A DNA stretch of 62,037 nt, the filler included, from Nitrospinae bacterium RIFCSPLOWO2_12_FULL_45_22 (GTDB lineage Bacteria > 2-12-FULL-45-22): NCBI GenBank assembly GCA_001803565.1. It is 6 parts of 6 records of this genome, joined end to end, with 100 filler letters (N's around TTAATTAATTAA, not from the genome) between each part and the next. Parts side by side here need not be neighbours in the genome. Positions count along the whole stretch, not along the records: positions 56,501 to 62,037 come from MHDQ01000163.1; 5 more parts are not named here. The stretch is one strand, 5' to 3'. The position numbers and the translations under genes were made by a program. Each line of letters starts with the position of its first letter. Positions within the stretch are counted from its first letter, which is position 1. The notes beneath the pieces are model-generated. The model worked only from the letters and a program-made list of their open reading frames with translations, was not told where the DNA came from and searched no databases. Positions 60,401-62,037 of this stretch are shown piece by piece.

Positions 60401-61150
60401 ATGAAAGGACATTTAGCAGGGAAAGTGGCCGTAGTAACGGGATCAGGCCGGGGTATTGGTCGGGGTCTTGCCATTGCGATGGCTAAAGAAGGGGCCAAAC
60501 TAGTAGTAAATGATCTAGACAAAGACCCGGCAGAAGAAACGGCAAAACTCATAAAGGACGCTGGTGCTCAGGCAGCCGTTTGCGTAGGCGGGGTTGACAG
60601 GAGAGACGGAGCCCAAGCCATTATTGACACAGCTATATCCAACTTTGGTCGAATAGACATCCTGGTCAACAATGCCGGTATCATTCGGGATGCGATGATG
60701 CATAAGATGACTGAGGAACAATTCGATAGTGTTGTAGGGGTACATTTGAAGGGGGCCTGGAATTGTACCCAGGCCGCGGTGAAGCATATGATGGAACAGA
60801 AGAGTGGTAAGATCATTAATATTATCTCTTTAGCCGGAATATCGGGCAATGTCGGTCAAGCCAATTATAGCGCTGCTAAAGCAGGTATGATTGGTCTTAC
60901 CAAGTCCAATGCGAAAGAGTTTGCCCGTTATGGCATCAATGTTAATGCTATCGGCCCCGCGGCATTTACCAGGATGGTAGAATCCATCCCCGAACAGATA
61001 AGGGAAGTAATGGCAAAACGGATCCCCCTGGGTAGGTTCGGCACGCCGGAAGATATTGCCCCCGCAGTAATATTTCTGGCATCAGAAGACAGCAACTATA
61101 TCACCGGTCAGGTGCTCCATGTTGATGGGGGGATGTCCATAGCATTTTAA
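60401..61150 (+). CDS. 3-oxoacyl-ACP/CoA reductase (FabG-like SDR)
   Basis: TGSGRGIG, NNAGIIRD, GQANYSAAKAG. Confidence 0.92.
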   Translation: MKGHLAGKVAVVTGSGRGIGRGLAIAMAKEGAKLVVNDLDKDPAEETAKLIKDAGAQAAVCVGGVDRRDGAQAIIDTAISNFGRIDILVNNAGIIRDAMMHKMTEEQFDSVVGVHLKGAWNCTQAAVKHMMEQKSGKIINIISLAGISGNVGQANYSAAKAGMIGLTKSNAKEFARYGINVNAIGPAAFTRMVESIPEQIREVMAKRIPLGRFGTPEDIAPAVIFLASEDSNYITGQVLHVDGGMSIAF

Positions 61151-61154
61151 CTGC

Positions 61155-61913
61155 TTACAAGTCACGGAGCATAACCAGGTTTAACATCCGGGGGGAATCC
61201 CCTTTTTCCCGGCGGTAAGAGTAAAAGAGCTCCGGGTTGCAGCAGGTACATAAGTTAAGGGTAAAAATATTTCTTTCCTTTATCCCCAACTCCATTAACT
61301 GAAGCTGATTGGCCTTGATTAAATCTAGAGTAAAAAAACCGCCTCTCCTTTCCCAGAGGAATTCCTCCCAATAGTCAAAGGACTCCTGGAAAGGACGGGC
61401 CAATCCCAGCGGTATCTCATAGCAACACGGGCCAATACCAGGGCCTATGCTGATTAAGCAGTCTTGCGCTACAGCTTTAAATAGTCTTACCATCTGGGTT
61501 AAGGCATGGGTTACTACGCGAAGTAAAGTCCCTTGCCGGCCAGCATGCACTATGCCTACTGAGGGGCGGTTTTTCTCTATTATAATGATAGGTAAGCAAT
61601 CGGCCGTCAGAACCGCTAGAGCGAGGCCAGGCTGATCAGTAATAAACGCATCGGCAATAATATGTTCCATCTTTTCTTTCACAACCGCGACGCTATTGCC
61701 ATGAATTTGCCTGCCTACAACCAATTTGGCTGGATTAATATCCAGTGCCTCACACAGGAGAGACCTATTTTCTTTTTCCTCATAGCCTCCTTTATCTACC
61801 GCATTATTCTGTATCAAACGGGTAGAAAAGGCATGAGCTATGCTGGTTATTTGTTCCAGCGGAGCAAGAGTAAAATACTGAGTATTATTGACTGACCTGG
61901 TTATCTTAAACAA
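61155..61913 (-). CDS. pgeF: YfiH/PgeF family purine nucleoside phosphorylase
   Basis: HAFSTR, QIHG, TADCLP, HAG, GPGIGPCCYE, CTCC..FYSYRR. Confidence 0.9.
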   Translation of the reverse strand: MFKITRSVNNTQYFTLAPLEQITSIAHAFSTRLIQNNAVDKGGYEEKENRSLLCEALDINPAKLVVGRQIHGNSVAVVKEKMEHIIADAFITDQPGLALAVLTADCLPIIIIEKNRPSVGIVHAGRQGTLLRVVTHALTQMVRLFKAVAQDCLISIGPGIGPCCYEIPLGLARPFQESFDYWEEFLWERRGGFFTLDLIKANQLQLMELGIKERNIFTLNLCTCCNPELFYSYRREKGDSPRMLNLVMLRDL

Positions 61914-62037
61914 TTTCTTTTGCCATAGGTAAAGTAAAAAAATGTAACTGGAGTTTGGTTAATATTTTTGCTGAAATCTGCCGAAAAACCTATAAAGGAT
62001 ATATACTCATTTCTTTCGCATAAAAGGCTATTTTTTT

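Overview
The window is six contigs of a draft or metagenome-assembled genome, joined by artificial N-TTAATTAATTAA-N linkers (25110-25209, 30850-30949, 38438-38537, 44161-44260, 56401-56500). Rho, a GT9 heptosyltransferase, outer-membrane proteins and O2-sensitive enzymes indicate an anaerobic diderm bacterium. The main discovery is a 13.5-kb minus-strand cluster (4597-18159) encoding a strongly remodelled archaeal-type ACDS/CODH-like system. Its acetyl-CoA-synthase-like (CdhC) gene, split into two ORFs in the track, reads as one 467-aa frame. In that frame the Ni-binding Cys-Gly-Cys motif of the A-cluster is encoded TGA-GGG-TGA and is followed by a bacterial SECIS-like hairpin, so it is a predicted Sec-Gly-Sec nickel enzyme. 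Its partners are a CdhA homolog with substituted C-cluster/D-cluster ligands and catalytic residues, CdhB, CooC, a ChlI/ChlD-like AAA+/vWA pair, an FwdB/D/G-like Mo/W module lacking the formate-dehydrogenase His/Arg, and two paralogous unknown proteins. No CFeSP or methyltransferase gene is in the cluster. The rest holds an MshA-like/PIG-L/radical-SAM/GNAT cluster, trpCFBA with an inserted protease-like gene, a toxin-antitoxin pair, murJ, a DUF1302/DUF1329/RND/YCF48 module, a PSD/Lgt-like lipid cluster, acyl-CoA dehydrogenases, rho, rpe, lsrF, HAD/benzoyl-CoA-reductase-type subunits, and many nested palindromic intergenic repeats. Family assignments come from motif recognition and recalled alignments, not database searches.
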